A stretch of 64,000 nt of DNA, taken from the NCBI GenBank assembly GCA_963674705.1, contig OY771506.1, forward strand, positions 4,864,001 to 4,928,000, read 5' to 3'. The translations under genes were made by a program, and so were the position numbers. How positions within the stretch are numbered: position 1 is the first letter of the stretch; each line of letters begins with the position of its first letter. This document shows, in pieces, positions 1-9,394 of this stretch. The notes under the pieces are model-generated. The model did no database searches and was not told the origin of the DNA. It worked only from the letters and a program-made list of their open reading frames with translations. The stretch comes from Phycisphaeraceae bacterium. GTDB taxonomy: Bacteria; Planctomycetota; Phycisphaerae; Phycisphaerales; Phycisphaeraceae.

Positions 1-1
1 C

Positions 2-514
2 AATGAGTTGGTCGGCAACCTGATCGATATCGTGGTCCTCTGCGGAACCGACTTCGGCACGCAACAGTCCACTTTCTGCTCAGAACAGTGTTTCCGCGAT
101 CTCTGGTTGCCTTACTACAAAATGATGAATGACTGGATCCATGCACACACCCATTGGGCTGTGTTCAAGCATTCTTGTGGATCAGTTGTGAGTCTGCTGG
201 ATGCCTTTATTGACTCGGGCTTCGACATCATTAACCCCGTGCAATGTTCAGCAGCCGGCATGGATCCCAGTGAATTGAAATTGCGGTTTGGCAACAAATT
301 GACCTTCTGGGGCGGTGGCGTGGACACCCAGCAAACACTGCCATTCGGCACACCCGAATTAGTCCGGACGCAAGTTCTTAAGCGGTGTGAGATCTTCTCA
401 CAGGAAGGTGGCTTCGTCTTCAACGCCATACATAATGTGCAGGCTCAAACCCCAATTGAGAATGTGGTCGCAATGATCGAAGCAGTCCATGACTTCAATG
501 GCACCATGCTTTAA
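2..514 (+). CDS. Uroporphyrinogen decarboxylase (URO-D)-like / cobalamin methyltransferase family protein, 5'-truncated by window edge
   Basis: Frame is open from the window start; motifs GTDFGTQ, HSCG, GFDIINPVQ, FWGGGVDTQ, GGFVFNAIHNVQ. Confidence 0.85.
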   Translation, partial: NELVGNLIDIVVLCGTDFGTQQSTFCSEQCFRDLWLPYYKMMNDWIHAHTHWAVFKHSCGSVVSLLDAFIDSGFDIINPVQCSAAGMDPSELKLRFGNKLTFWGGGVDTQQTLPFGTPELVRTQVLKRCEIFSQEGGFVFNAIHNVQAQTPIENVVAMIEAVHDFNGTML

Positions 515-720
515 ACAATACACCTATAGCGGCCTGGCGGATGGTGGGCAAGCTTATCGATAACTTGTCCCCCATCTTCGCCATTATCGATCGCTACGAC
601 TATACATGTGGTGCATGGCATATCATGCGGATTTACCATCTTGGGAATTTGCATGAAGCTATTCAGTAATACTGCGCACTTTGAGTCATCGATCATGTTG
701 CTGTAACCCTCGGGCAGGCA

Positions 721-1925
721 CTGATGCTGGCACGCTCCCGGATCGTGTCGCTTCCATCACCAGTACTTCAGATAATGGCTGAGAGGAATCACGCTCATAG
801 TGAGATGGAACTACTTCGGCGTGATTGGGAAGTTTTCCGATCCCAACGCGAAAACATGCGGCCGCATAAGCGACCGGAGTACCCGCCCGAGTAAAGACTG
901 ACGATCCTGAGGGTCATGCGGCTAAGAGGCTGGAAAGCGGTGATTACAGCCAGACATATTGTGCTACATCCAAATACGGTTCGCACATGGGTTCAAGCAG
1001 TAGAGGGACGGCGAGACTCCGGTAATCTATTAAGCAAGGTGCCGTGGAACCGGATCCATGATGCGGTACGTTGGGCCGTATACGAGTTGCGTCGCATATG
1101 CCCCGAGTCAGAGATCGGTACGAGGACGATTGCCCGCTACCTGTTGCGTGCCAGCATTCAGGTCAGCTGCAGCACTGTGCAACAAGTGTCACGGGATCCA
1201 TAGCCACCGCCTCCAAGGTATATTCGCCCCGACTTTACAGCAGCCGAAGGGGCTGTACCCAGCAATCTACTGGTACCTACATCCACCCATGCTGTCTGGC
1301 ATCTGGACTTGGTTGAGATCAAGATACTATGGTTCCGCTACACCATTGCGGCATTACTGGATGGTTATTCCTGGAAGCTTCTGGCGTTGAAGGTTTATCC
1401 TAAAGCCCTCATGAGTATAGACACGATTGGGTTAGTGAAGAATGCTATTGAGCATTGGGGGCACCTCAGTTCTTAATTACGGACCACGGCTGTCATTTTA
1501 GAAAACGGTTCCGTATAGCGATGAGCGAACTTGGTCCCCGCGTAGTACGTGGCAAAGTGCGATGTCTTGCCTTCAACGGCAAGGTTGGACGATTTTTCAA
1601 GACCTTACGGGTGTGGCAGCACCAGACATTGCTGCCGCTGAATCTTGCGGGCATTCAACGAAAGCGGGACACCTTCCACTATTTGTACAATAGCGAGCGA
1701 CCGCATCAGGCAATCAATGGATTAACGCCTGAAGAGATGTGGACCGATGAAGTACCTAATGAGGCAATCCCCTTCCGAACAGATGCGTTACCACTATATA
1801 TCCAAATCATTCGGGCGCGTGCCGTGACGATCCTTCACTTCCGTCGATTCGTATCCACATCGCCGCCTGAAATACAAATTAAAGATTGCACCCGATCCAC
1901 GTGCGCGGTCATTGCGTACACATAA
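721..1925 (+). pseudogene. Degraded integrase-core (rve, DDE) transposase
   Basis: One frame from about 721 with in-frame stops at 892-894 (TAA) and 1201-1203 (TAG); HTH-like LHPNTVRTW, then VWHLDL and LLDGYS; frameshift near 1455-1461 into LITDHG...NGKVGRFFKTL...YNSERPHQAING. The expected catalytic Glu reads as Gly. Confidence 0.8.
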
Positions 1926-2106
1926 GGCGACAGACCATTTTGAGTCAGTATCTATGCGGTAATCCAGACTGGGTTCTTGCGGTCACAACCCGCTGGGCCA
2001 CCACACGGAACCGGGTAGTAATATCCGGTCCCGGGTAGGTGTTATGGCCGCGCCTTCTGACTGACGGGTTGCCCTAAAGAAAGGCTTCGGCGTGACTTAG
2101 TTGTAA

Positions 2107-2179
2107 TGGGCCCGGCAGGGCTTGAACCTGCGACCTCACCCTTATCAGGGGTGCGCTCTACCAACTGAGCTACGAGCCC
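2107..2179 (-). tRNA. tRNA-Ile (GAT), CCA not encoded
   Basis: Reverse complement GGGCTCG TA GCTC AGTTGGTA GAGC G CACCC CTGATAA GGGTG AGGTC GCAGG TTCAAGC CCTGC CGGGCCC A folds as a full cloverleaf. Confidence 0.97.
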
Positions 2180-2217
2180 GGGGCAGGATGCTTGCAAAAT
2201 CCTGCGTTGGGGACGAA

Positions 2218-2246
2218 AGAATATTGTATCACAATCCGCGGGTCAA
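2218..2246 (-). promoter_or_regulatory. Sigma70-type promoter of tRNA-Ile
   Basis: TTGACC-N17-TATTCT on the minus strand about 40 nt upstream of the tRNA. Confidence 0.6.
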
Positions 2247-2296
2247 GGCACATCCGCTAACCGCGTATCCCGGGCTGGAATCACGGTTTTCGGACC

Positions 2297-3355
2297 TTAT
2301 TCGCCCGATTCGTCGTCTGCTTTCTCATCTTCCATCGGCGGGATACTCACCACCTCCACCACCGTCCCCCGGGCCGGGTTGGCTTCGCCTTCGAGTACTT
2401 CACAATAGGAAACCTTCTCCGAGGTCTTAGTGATCTTGATCGTACCGATCTGCTTGCCCTCAGCCTTCTCCAGGACCTCGCCGGTCTCCGGGTCGATCAG
2501 GTCCTCGCCCATCTCAGTCATACGTAGCACCATTCCTTCACGGAAGTTGTACTGCTCGCCGCGATTGATAATGACTTGGCTGTCCTTGACCAATACGACT
2601 GAGCCGTCTGCGGGGAACTCTTCCATCTGAACCGCGAAGAACTTAGCCGCCTGATTAATGCAGTCCTGCGCCGCTTCGCCCAACGGCGTCTTGGCAAATC
2701 CGCCGAGTTTCCCGCCGAAGTCACTTTCGTGATAACCAAGGCTCACAGCCGCTCGCCCCGCTTCGCCGGTGATACGTTTTTTCGCGACGATTTCACCGGT
2801 TGTGGTGTCGATCAGCTTCGCGATGATCGTGATCTTCGCATCGGCCTTGGAACCACCGATGTTAAAGCCTTTAATGCGGATGCCGCCATCCGCGCCGGAT
2901 TCGTTGTACTCGACTTCCGTCATCGCGCCGGTGGCGATGTACTTGGCCGGCCTGAGCTTGCCCGTCTGTGCAACGCTTGAGGCCTGGGCCATCCGACCGC
3001 TTGCGGCAAGATCCTGCTCGCCTATGACATTGCCGAGCCCTTCACGCTCGACCAACACGAACCGGCCTGTATCGAACAGCGCCGACTCCAGCAGGATCGA
3101 CATGTTGTAACCCATGTCCCACTGGCTGCGGTAACCCGCATCGTTATCAAAGTCGACCACACCCACCGCATGCTTCACGCCGTGGTACTCGCCCAGCCCC
3201 ATGTCGGCGTCACCATCCTTGACCTTGGTCTTGTCCGTACCGGTCCCCTTACGGAACAGGTCCTCCAGGCCATCGGCGTTGCTCTGACACGCCATCATCC
3301 CGAAAGCCAACGCCAGGACGACCATCCCGGTCGCTTTGCGCATTGTTGTATGCAT
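2297..3355 (-). CDS. CsgG/HfaB-family outer-membrane lipoprotein with C-terminal beta domain
   Basis: Lipobox-like FGMMAC; AVGVVDFDN, LFDTGRFVLVEREGLGNVIGEQDL, LIDTTTGEI; start set by GGGAGG at 3361-3366 (the ORF-track start at 3604 is an over-extension). Confidence 0.8.
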   Translation of the reverse strand: MHTTMRKATGMVVLALAFGMMACQSNADGLEDLFRKGTGTDKTKVKDGDADMGLGEYHGVKHAVGVVDFDNDAGYRSQWDMGYNMSILLESALFDTGRFVLVEREGLGNVIGEQDLAASGRMAQASSVAQTGKLRPAKYIATGAMTEVEYNESGADGGIRIKGFNIGGSKADAKITIIAKLIDTTTGEIVAKKRITGEAGRAAVSLGYHESDFGGKLGGFAKTPLGEAAQDCINQAAKFFAVQMEEFPADGSVVLVKDSQVIINRGEQYNFREGMVLRMTEMGEDLIDPETGEVLEKAEGKQIGTIKITKTSEKVSYCEVLEGEANPARGTVVEVVSIPPMEDEKADDESGE

Positions 3356-3537
3356 CATTACCTCCCTGTTTCTTTTTAATATAAATAGGTCGTCGTTGAT
3401 CCGATATCGCACCAATCGCGTCCCGCATATTAACAAAAGCACATAATTACGACACTTACAACAGGCGGGCAATCTCAAACCGACTAAACAAAATGAGGTC
3501 CGAGCGGCCCAATATTTAAATATTTCAAATTTTTTCC

Positions 3538-3565
3538 TTGACATACTCAATTTTATTAATATTTT
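3538..3565 (+). promoter_or_regulatory. Candidate sigma70 promoter with overlapping AT-rich inverted repeat, upstream of the DUF2089 gene
   Basis: TTGACA-N16-TATTTT; imperfect palindrome TCAATTTTATTAATATTTTGA. Confidence 0.45.
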
Positions 3566-3591
3566 GAAGCCAGATATGTGATTTATGGCAT

Positions 3592-3957
3592 ATGACCACA
3601 CCAACCGCCACGAATTCGTGCCCGTACTGCGAGGGGCCCATGCGGGTCACCACCATGCGTTGCGATGCCTGCCAGATCGATATTCAGGCAGCGTTCCCCA
3701 TGTTCCGGGTGGGGAACCTGCCGGCCGAGCATCAGCGATTTATCGAGATGTTCGTCCTTGCCGGGGGCAACCTCAAAACCATGGCCGAGCAGACTGGCGT
3801 GTCATACCCCACCGTCCGCAACCGTCTGGACAAGGTAATCGCCGCGTTGCGTGACGAAATCGCCAAAACGAGCAAAGTCAAAGGCACCATCCTCGACGCC
3901 GTCGACCGCGGCCAGATGGACGCCGACGAAGCCGCCAGAATTATCAAAAAGATCTGA
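3592..3957 (+). CDS. DUF2089-family protein (Zn ribbon + HTH, C-terminal SHOCT-like tail)
   Basis: CPYC...CDAC, F..AGGNLKTMA..GVSYPTVRNRLDK, ILDAVDRGQMDADEA. Confidence 0.85.
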   Translation: MTTPTATNSCPYCEGPMRVTTMRCDACQIDIQAAFPMFRVGNLPAEHQRFIEMFVLAGGNLKTMAEQTGVSYPTVRNRLDKVIAALRDEIAKTSKVKGTILDAVDRGQMDADEAARIIKKI

Positions 3958-3992
3958 TCGCCGCCGGGCGTTCCGGCGAGAGGGAACCAGCG

Positions 3993-5729
3993 ATGACCGA
4001 CTCGTGCTCCAACACAAACGAAGACCGGGCCTTGGACAGGGCGCTCGAAGATGCGACTCCCCTGCTGGCCGAGTCTTTACAGCGTGACGAGCACATGCGC
4101 CGACGCAGGCGCAAACTACTTTTCGGAGGTCTCATCATGTTGGCAATCCTCGCATCCATCGTCACTGTTGTCGCGATCAACTCCGGACAACCCGCCACCA
4201 CCACCGACAAACCCGGCACGCCGAACGCGCGCATCGACGCCGTGGCCAAGTCGGATGACATCGCAAAGCAAGGCTGGCTTCTTTGGCAATCTGGTCAGTA
4301 CGACAAGGCTGCAAATAACTTCGCCGAAGCAATCAAACTCGATCCCAGTTCGCCCAACCTATGGAACGGCCTTGGTTGGAGCCTGTTCCATCTTGGCGAA
4401 CGCGACAAAGCTGCTGATGCTTTCAAACAAGTTCTCCAGCTCGATGAAACCCATGGCGCAGCACTCAACGGCCTGGGACAGATCGCTTATGTAAAGCGCG
4501 ATTACGACGCCGCTAAAGACTGGTTCCTCAAAGCCAAAGACGCACCCGTCGCACAGCAGACGCTCATCAGTGTTTATCTGTTGCAGAGCGAATACAAGAA
4601 GGCCGAGGCGCTTGCCGACGAACAACTCAAAACATTGCCGGCAGACAGCCAGGACACGACGATCGTCCAGCAACGCAACTGGCTTCTCAAGCTTCAAGCC
4701 GCAGCGAAGTCAGGCGAATTATCCGACGATCTGCGCAAGCTGATCGAACCGGCCGAGCCCAAGCAAGGCGATGCCACCGAGGCTCAAAAGCTTTCACAAC
4801 GTGGTTGGCAACTATGGGGCGAACAGCGTTGGCGTGCCGCTGAACTCGCGTTCACAGAAGCCTTGGAAATCGACCCGGACCTGGCCGAAGCACAGAACGG
4901 CATGGGCTGGGCGTTGATATCACAAGGTAAATTCACTGAAGCGGAACAAAACCTGCGTCGCTGTATCGAACTGACCCCCGACCACGGTGGTGCAATGAAC
5001 GGCCTGGCAATGTGCCTGAAAAACCAGGGCAAAATCGATGAGGCTATCAAGCTGTGGGAGCAGATGTACGAGAAGTCGCCACAGCCCCACGCCGGCGCCG
5101 CCAATCTTGCACGCACCTATGTCGAGCAAGGCCGTTATGTAGGAGCTATCCCCCTGCTCGAACAGTTGATCGAAGCCAACCCCGGTATGAACGAGTACCA
5201 GGAGCTGCTCGATCAAGCCAAATCCGGTGGCACCGCTACCACGCCGGACGACGCTGCCAACATCGCAACCAATGCGGGCGATAACATCCTCACCAACGGC
5301 GGCTTCGAGAACGGCACCGACGGCTGGATCATCGGCAGTAACTCCGGCCACATGAAACTGTCAACCGATACCAATGAAAAAGCTGAGGGCAAGCAGTCAC
5401 TGAAAGTCACAAAGACAGGTGGCATGCCGATCGACATCGTGCGAATCAATGCTGATGGACTAACCGCCGGCCAAACCGTTGACGTCTCCGCCATGATCAA
5501 AACCGACAACGTCGGCAACGCCTGGATGAAGTTCTATGTCTGGGACGCTGGCGGCAACGTGCTAATTGACAACCTCGACGTCACGCGAATCCATGGCACG
5601 AAGAACTGGCACAAAGTTGGCAGGCGCTACAAACTCCCGGCTAATACCAACAGCGCCTCGATCCAGTTCTGGATGATCCTCGATGGCACACTCTGGATCG
5701 ATGACGTCCGCGTCAGCCCCGTGAACTAA
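3993..5729 (+). CDS. Membrane-anchored TPR-repeat protein with C-terminal carbohydrate-binding-like (CBM4/9 jelly-roll) domain
   Basis: RRRRRK followed by one TM helix; multiple TPRs (WNGLGWSLF, ALNGLGQI, AQNGMGWAL); NILTNGGFE...LWIDDVRV. Confidence 0.8.
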   Translation: MTDSCSNTNEDRALDRALEDATPLLAESLQRDEHMRRRRRKLLFGGLIMLAILASIVTVVAINSGQPATTTDKPGTPNARIDAVAKSDDIAKQGWLLWQSGQYDKAANNFAEAIKLDPSSPNLWNGLGWSLFHLGERDKAADAFKQVLQLDETHGAALNGLGQIAYVKRDYDAAKDWFLKAKDAPVAQQTLISVYLLQSEYKKAEALADEQLKTLPADSQDTTIVQQRNWLLKLQAAAKSGELSDDLRKLIEPAEPKQGDATEAQKLSQRGWQLWGEQRWRAAELAFTEALEIDPDLAEAQNGMGWALISQGKFTEAEQNLRRCIELTPDHGGAMNGLAMCLKNQGKIDEAIKLWEQMYEKSPQPHAGAANLARTYVEQGRYVGAIPLLEQLIEANPGMNEYQELLDQAKSGGTATTPDDAANIATNAGDNILTNGGFENGTDGWIIGSNSGHMKLSTDTNEKAEGKQSLKVTKTGGMPIDIVRINADGLTAGQTVDVSAMIKTDNVGNAWMKFYVWDAGGNVLIDNLDVTRIHGTKNWHKVGRRYKLPANTNSASIQFWMILDGTLWIDDVRVSPVN

Positions 5730-5837
5730 AACAGATTCGCTCAACCTTAACCCTACCATACCTGCGGCGGTGTGCGCTACTGCTCCATGCGAAAGGTCAT
5801 CGCAAGAGCGATCCCTCTGCACACCGCCGCGGATTTT

Positions 5838-6066
5838 ACGGGTGTAGGGTGTAGAAATTGTATTGCTAATGGCTAATCGCTAAGGGCTAATGGCTTTACT
5901 CTCCCCCCAACGCCGGTTCTGAGCGCAGCGAAGGGCCGGGTATCCGTCAATATAATCTCTAATCTCTAATCGTTAATCTCTAATCGTTAATCTCTAATCG
6001 TTGCTCAACACAACCACATCCCACACATTAACGATTAACGATTAAAAATCAGCAATCCCCCACCCC
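5838..6066. repeat. Composite intergenic repeat element, copy 1 (heptamer arrays + 38-bp palindromic core)
   Basis: GGGTGTA x2, GCTAANN x4, core CCAACGCCGGTTCTGAGCGCAGCGAAGGGCCGGGTATC (5907-5944), TAATCTC/TAATCGT array, inverted GATTAAC array. Confidence 0.85.
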
Positions 6067-6077
6067 CTGCTCCATCT

Positions 6078-6599
6078 TCAATCCCCTCCCTCAACCCAGT
6101 CACTGCAAACCACTTCCTTCCGAAACACCCACGATTCACAAGGCATGTCATCCTCTGCCGGCTTCACATCGATTTTCCTGAATCCACACTTCTCATAAAA
6201 GTGATGGTTCTTCACAGCAACGCTCGGTGTTTCCAGTTGCCAGGATTTTGTATCCGGATAGGTTGTCTCGATGTGCGCCCAGATCTGCGAGCCCACACCC
6301 TGGTCCTGGTATTGAGGGTCTACAAAAATGGTCCCAAGATAGTTGTTCCCGGTATCGATGATCCAAACAATCACAGCCCCGACAATCCGGCCATCTATAA
6401 CCGCTTTATAGCCGACGGTCTGTTCATAACCGAATAACCACTCCCGAAAAAAGCCCCCGTTGTCATACCCGGGCGGGCCGCCCTTTTCCTTGCCGGAGTG
6501 CTTCTGCGCATCATCATCAAATGCGCGTGTCATCACCTCTGTAAGCTGCGGCACGTCATCTTCAGCGATGCCTGCAATCGTAAGTTTATAGTCCGACAT
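6078..6599 (-). CDS. GNAT-family N-acetyltransferase
   Basis: IFVDPQYQDQGVGS motif A; NHHFYEKCGF. Confidence 0.9.
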   Translation of the reverse strand: MSDYKLTIAGIAEDDVPQLTEVMTRAFDDDAQKHSGKEKGGPPGYDNGGFFREWLFGYEQTVGYKAVIDGRIVGAVIVWIIDTGNNYLGTIFVDPQYQDQGVGSQIWAHIETTYPDTKSWQLETPSVAVKNHHFYEKCGFRKIDVKPAEDDMPCESWVFRKEVVCSDWVEGGD

Positions 6600-6710
6600 A
6601 ATAGAGACACCCCCTGTAGGATGCGATGTATCTGAATCGATGCGATTCTTCCAACATCAAACATCTTACAGGGGATGTGTGTCTGGCAACACCTGGGTTT
6701 TATTAGCGAA

Positions 6711-8390
6711 TCATCCCCCCGCTGCCGGCTCTTCAACTTCAATCACTTCCGCGACAGCATTCACATCACCACCCAGTTCCGCGGTCAGTTTCACAGCTTT
6801 CACCTGGGCTTGTCGTGCGTAGTCGATCGCTTCACCGAGGATGCGCGTCGCTTCCTGGTCGGCGTGGAAGCCGCGCGAGTTCTCGCTGCTGATGTAGTCC
6901 AATCGCCACATCGCCTTACGTTGCAACGCAAAGATCGGCTTGAGTTGCTCTTCGGTTGCACCGGCTTCCTTGGCTTTCAGGATGGCATCGAGCATATCGA
7001 TCATCGCTTCGGCTGCGCGGTCCATATGTGCCATCGTTCGATTCTGAATAGTCTCGACCTTTTCTCGCAGTGTGTCCTCACTATCGTGATGGCATTGCTG
7101 GCAGGCATTGTTGATGTTCTTCAGCGGACTCTGCACATTATGGCTGCTGACCTTCATCGCCCCTTCGCGCTCGTAGGGCATGTGGCAGTCGGCACAACTA
7201 ACACCGCTTCGGGCGTGGATACCCTGACTCCACAATTCAAACTCGGGGTGCTGGGCCTTGAGCACCAGCGCGCCGGTTTCGGCGTGCTTATAGTCATAGA
7301 ACTCCGTGCCATCAGGGAACTTCTTCTCATCCCAGTGCGCTTCGAGCTGCTCTATTTTCAGACCATTGGACCAGGGAAACTCAAGCGTGTCTTTGTTCGC
7401 GCAGTAGTATTCAACGTGGCACTGGCCGCAGACGAAAGAACGCATCTCCTGCCGCGAGGCGAGTTTGTTGGGATCGTACGGCTCGTTGCGGTCGCCGCGA
7501 CGCCACTGCTCGATGCTCGGGATGTGGGGCGTCGGTTCATCACTTTCCGCCAGGTCTGCAATGCCCCGCACGAAGCCCGGCCGGGTCACGCGCACGGCCA
7601 TGGTCTCTGGTGTGTGGCAGTCGATGCAGGAGACGGGATGGGCTTCACCACCGGCCAGCATGGGGTGATCTTCGGGGACGGGCTCGCCCTTGAACTCGCC
7701 GGTGAAACCTCCGATGGGGGCCTGGGGGACAACCGGTTCGTTCTCACCGGGCGTGCCATCGGGCGCTGCCATCACCAGCGCGAGCACCTCGTCGTAAGGC
7801 TTTCGACTGACTTCCTCGAACCCGCGGATCACGGCGGGCATATTGAAGTCTTTCGCCAGTGTCGCATCGTCGGCGGGCAGCCCCATCGCTTCGAGGCCCA
7901 CCTTGCGGTACATCACCGTGTTGGATGCGTGGCAGTGCAGGCACGCGCCAGCCTGAGACTTCTTGGTCACCCGTTCGGTCACACCCTGGTCGTAGAGCAT
8001 GTAGGCATGCCCACGGGCTTCGCGGTAATCAATGCTGAAGGCGTAGCCCGCGTAGAGCCGCTTAAGCCAGGGGTAGGTGTCCAGCTTGCTCTGGGGCAGG
8101 GCGCTCGAGCCGCCGTAGAACTTGTCACCCGCGGTTGCTTTCCAGCCGTCGAACTGGTGCGGCCAGTTGCGGCCCCATGGCTCGGGGTCGGTACTGATCT
8201 CGGTCACCTCGGCGACACGCACGAACGGCTGACGCGCTGCCTGCTTGTGGCCGAACATCGTGATCAACACCCAGGTCACCAGCAACGTGCCGACCACGGC
8301 GACGATGAAGACCAGCGCGAGTAGTGCCACCTTTCCCGATCGGGAATGCGTATCGGAGGTTGTGGTCGTTGTTGACTCATGTGTTGACAT
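6711..8390 (-). CDS. nrfA: Ammonia-forming pentaheme cytochrome c nitrite reductase
   Basis: [17 protein letters not shown], five CxxCH motifs, [25 protein letters not shown]. Confidence 0.95.
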   Translation of the reverse strand: MSTHESTTTTTSDTHSRSGKVALLALVFIVAVVGTLLVTWVLITMFGHKQAARQPFVRVAEVTEISTDPEPWGRNWPHQFDGWKATAGDKFYGGSSALPQSKLDTYPWLKRLYAGYAFSIDYREARGHAYMLYDQGVTERVTKKSQAGACLHCHASNTVMYRKVGLEAMGLPADDATLAKDFNMPAVIRGFEEVSRKPYDEVLALVMAAPDGTPGENEPVVPQAPIGGFTGEFKGEPVPEDHPMLAGGEAHPVSCIDCHTPETMAVRVTRPGFVRGIADLAESDEPTPHIPSIEQWRRGDRNEPYDPNKLASRQEMRSFVCGQCHVEYYCANKDTLEFPWSNGLKIEQLEAHWDEKKFPDGTEFYDYKHAETGALVLKAQHPEFELWSQGIHARSGVSCADCHMPYEREGAMKVSSHNVQSPLKNINNACQQCHHDSEDTLREKVETIQNRTMAHMDRAAEAMIDMLDAILKAKEAGATEEQLKPIFALQRKAMWRLDYISSENSRGFHADQEATRILGEAIDYARQAQVKAVKLTAELGGDVNAVAEVIEVEEPAAGG

Positions 8391-8426
8391 ATGATTTACC
8401 CTTACATTACAGACCGACGCGCGTCG

Positions 8427-8942
8427 TCAGTCCCGTTGTCCGATGCCTGAATCGCGCCCGGCATGCCCGATGTCGCCATGGCAGTGCGTGCAATGCAGCA
8501 TCTCACCACCCTGCTCAACCGGCAGCATGTTGTGAACGTAATCGCTGTGGCAATACAGGCACGCCTGTTGGGTCACCTGCCGATTGCGCTGTTTGATCTG
8601 GATCGGTTCATGAAAGTCGCCGGTCGTAAACGCCAGCGAGTGGAAGAACCCATTGTCACCCTTGGTAAGCCACTTACCCATGAAGTCGTGCGGCAGGTGG
8701 CAATCGTTGCAGGTAGCCACATTGTGATGGCTGGATTTGACCCATGTGTCGTAGTGATCCTGCATCACGTGGCAGTTGGCGCACGACGCGGGGTCGTTGG
8801 TCAAGTAGGCCGCACCGTCACCATAACCAAAGGTAAACGCGCCGAGGCCGCCCATGATTCCCAACATCGCCGCGCAGAGAATAGATAAGACCATGAACGA
8901 TCTTGGCTGTTTGACAGGTTGCTGACTGTTTGCCTCAGACAT
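8427..8942 (-). CDS. nrfH: Tetraheme cytochrome c nitrite reductase small subunit
   Basis: N-terminal TM; CANCH, CNDCH, CLYCH, CTHCH; directly upstream of nrfA. Confidence 0.95.
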   Translation of the reverse strand: MSEANSQQPVKQPRSFMVLSILCAAMLGIMGGLGAFTFGYGDGAAYLTNDPASCANCHVMQDHYDTWVKSSHHNVATCNDCHLPHDFMGKWLTKGDNGFFHSLAFTTGDFHEPIQIKQRNRQVTQQACLYCHSDYVHNMLPVEQGGEMLHCTHCHGDIGHAGRDSGIGQRD

Positions 8943-9394
8943 GAGAAGTTCCCGTGGGTAAACGCCTTGGAATGCAGGCACCCGCACCCATCATCACAAC
9001 CCGTGCGATACAAAGTGCTACCCCCCACGCGCTGACATTCAACCATCGGATCATGAAAGTTGCACCATCCCTGATCTTCACGGACATGTCCGCCGCCCGT
9101 CCTCCAAGTCAACTTCTCGTCGACTGAACAGCCGACCTTGAATGAGCACTAATACCTTTATCCAATCAAAAAGCAAAATGCAACAACGTTATCAAAATAT
9201 ATTTTGTCGCGTGTTGTGAATATCTATCAACACACCACAAACGCATCGCACAAGAAAAACACAAATCAAAATACAAAAAACAAAGCCAGGTCATAGCCCG
9301 AAGGGCTTTGGCCGGGATGAACACAATCAAAAGAAAAAACAAAATTTGTCTTTTAGTTCCCCCAAAAAACTTCAAACGAATTACCAGCAACCAT

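Noticed and set aside
6675..8324. 549-aa plus-strand ORF (and similar long ORFs at 60918-62570, 57625-58797, 34041-34991, 37998-39041)
   Set aside because: Antisense shadows of well-supported genes, typical of high-GC codon bias.
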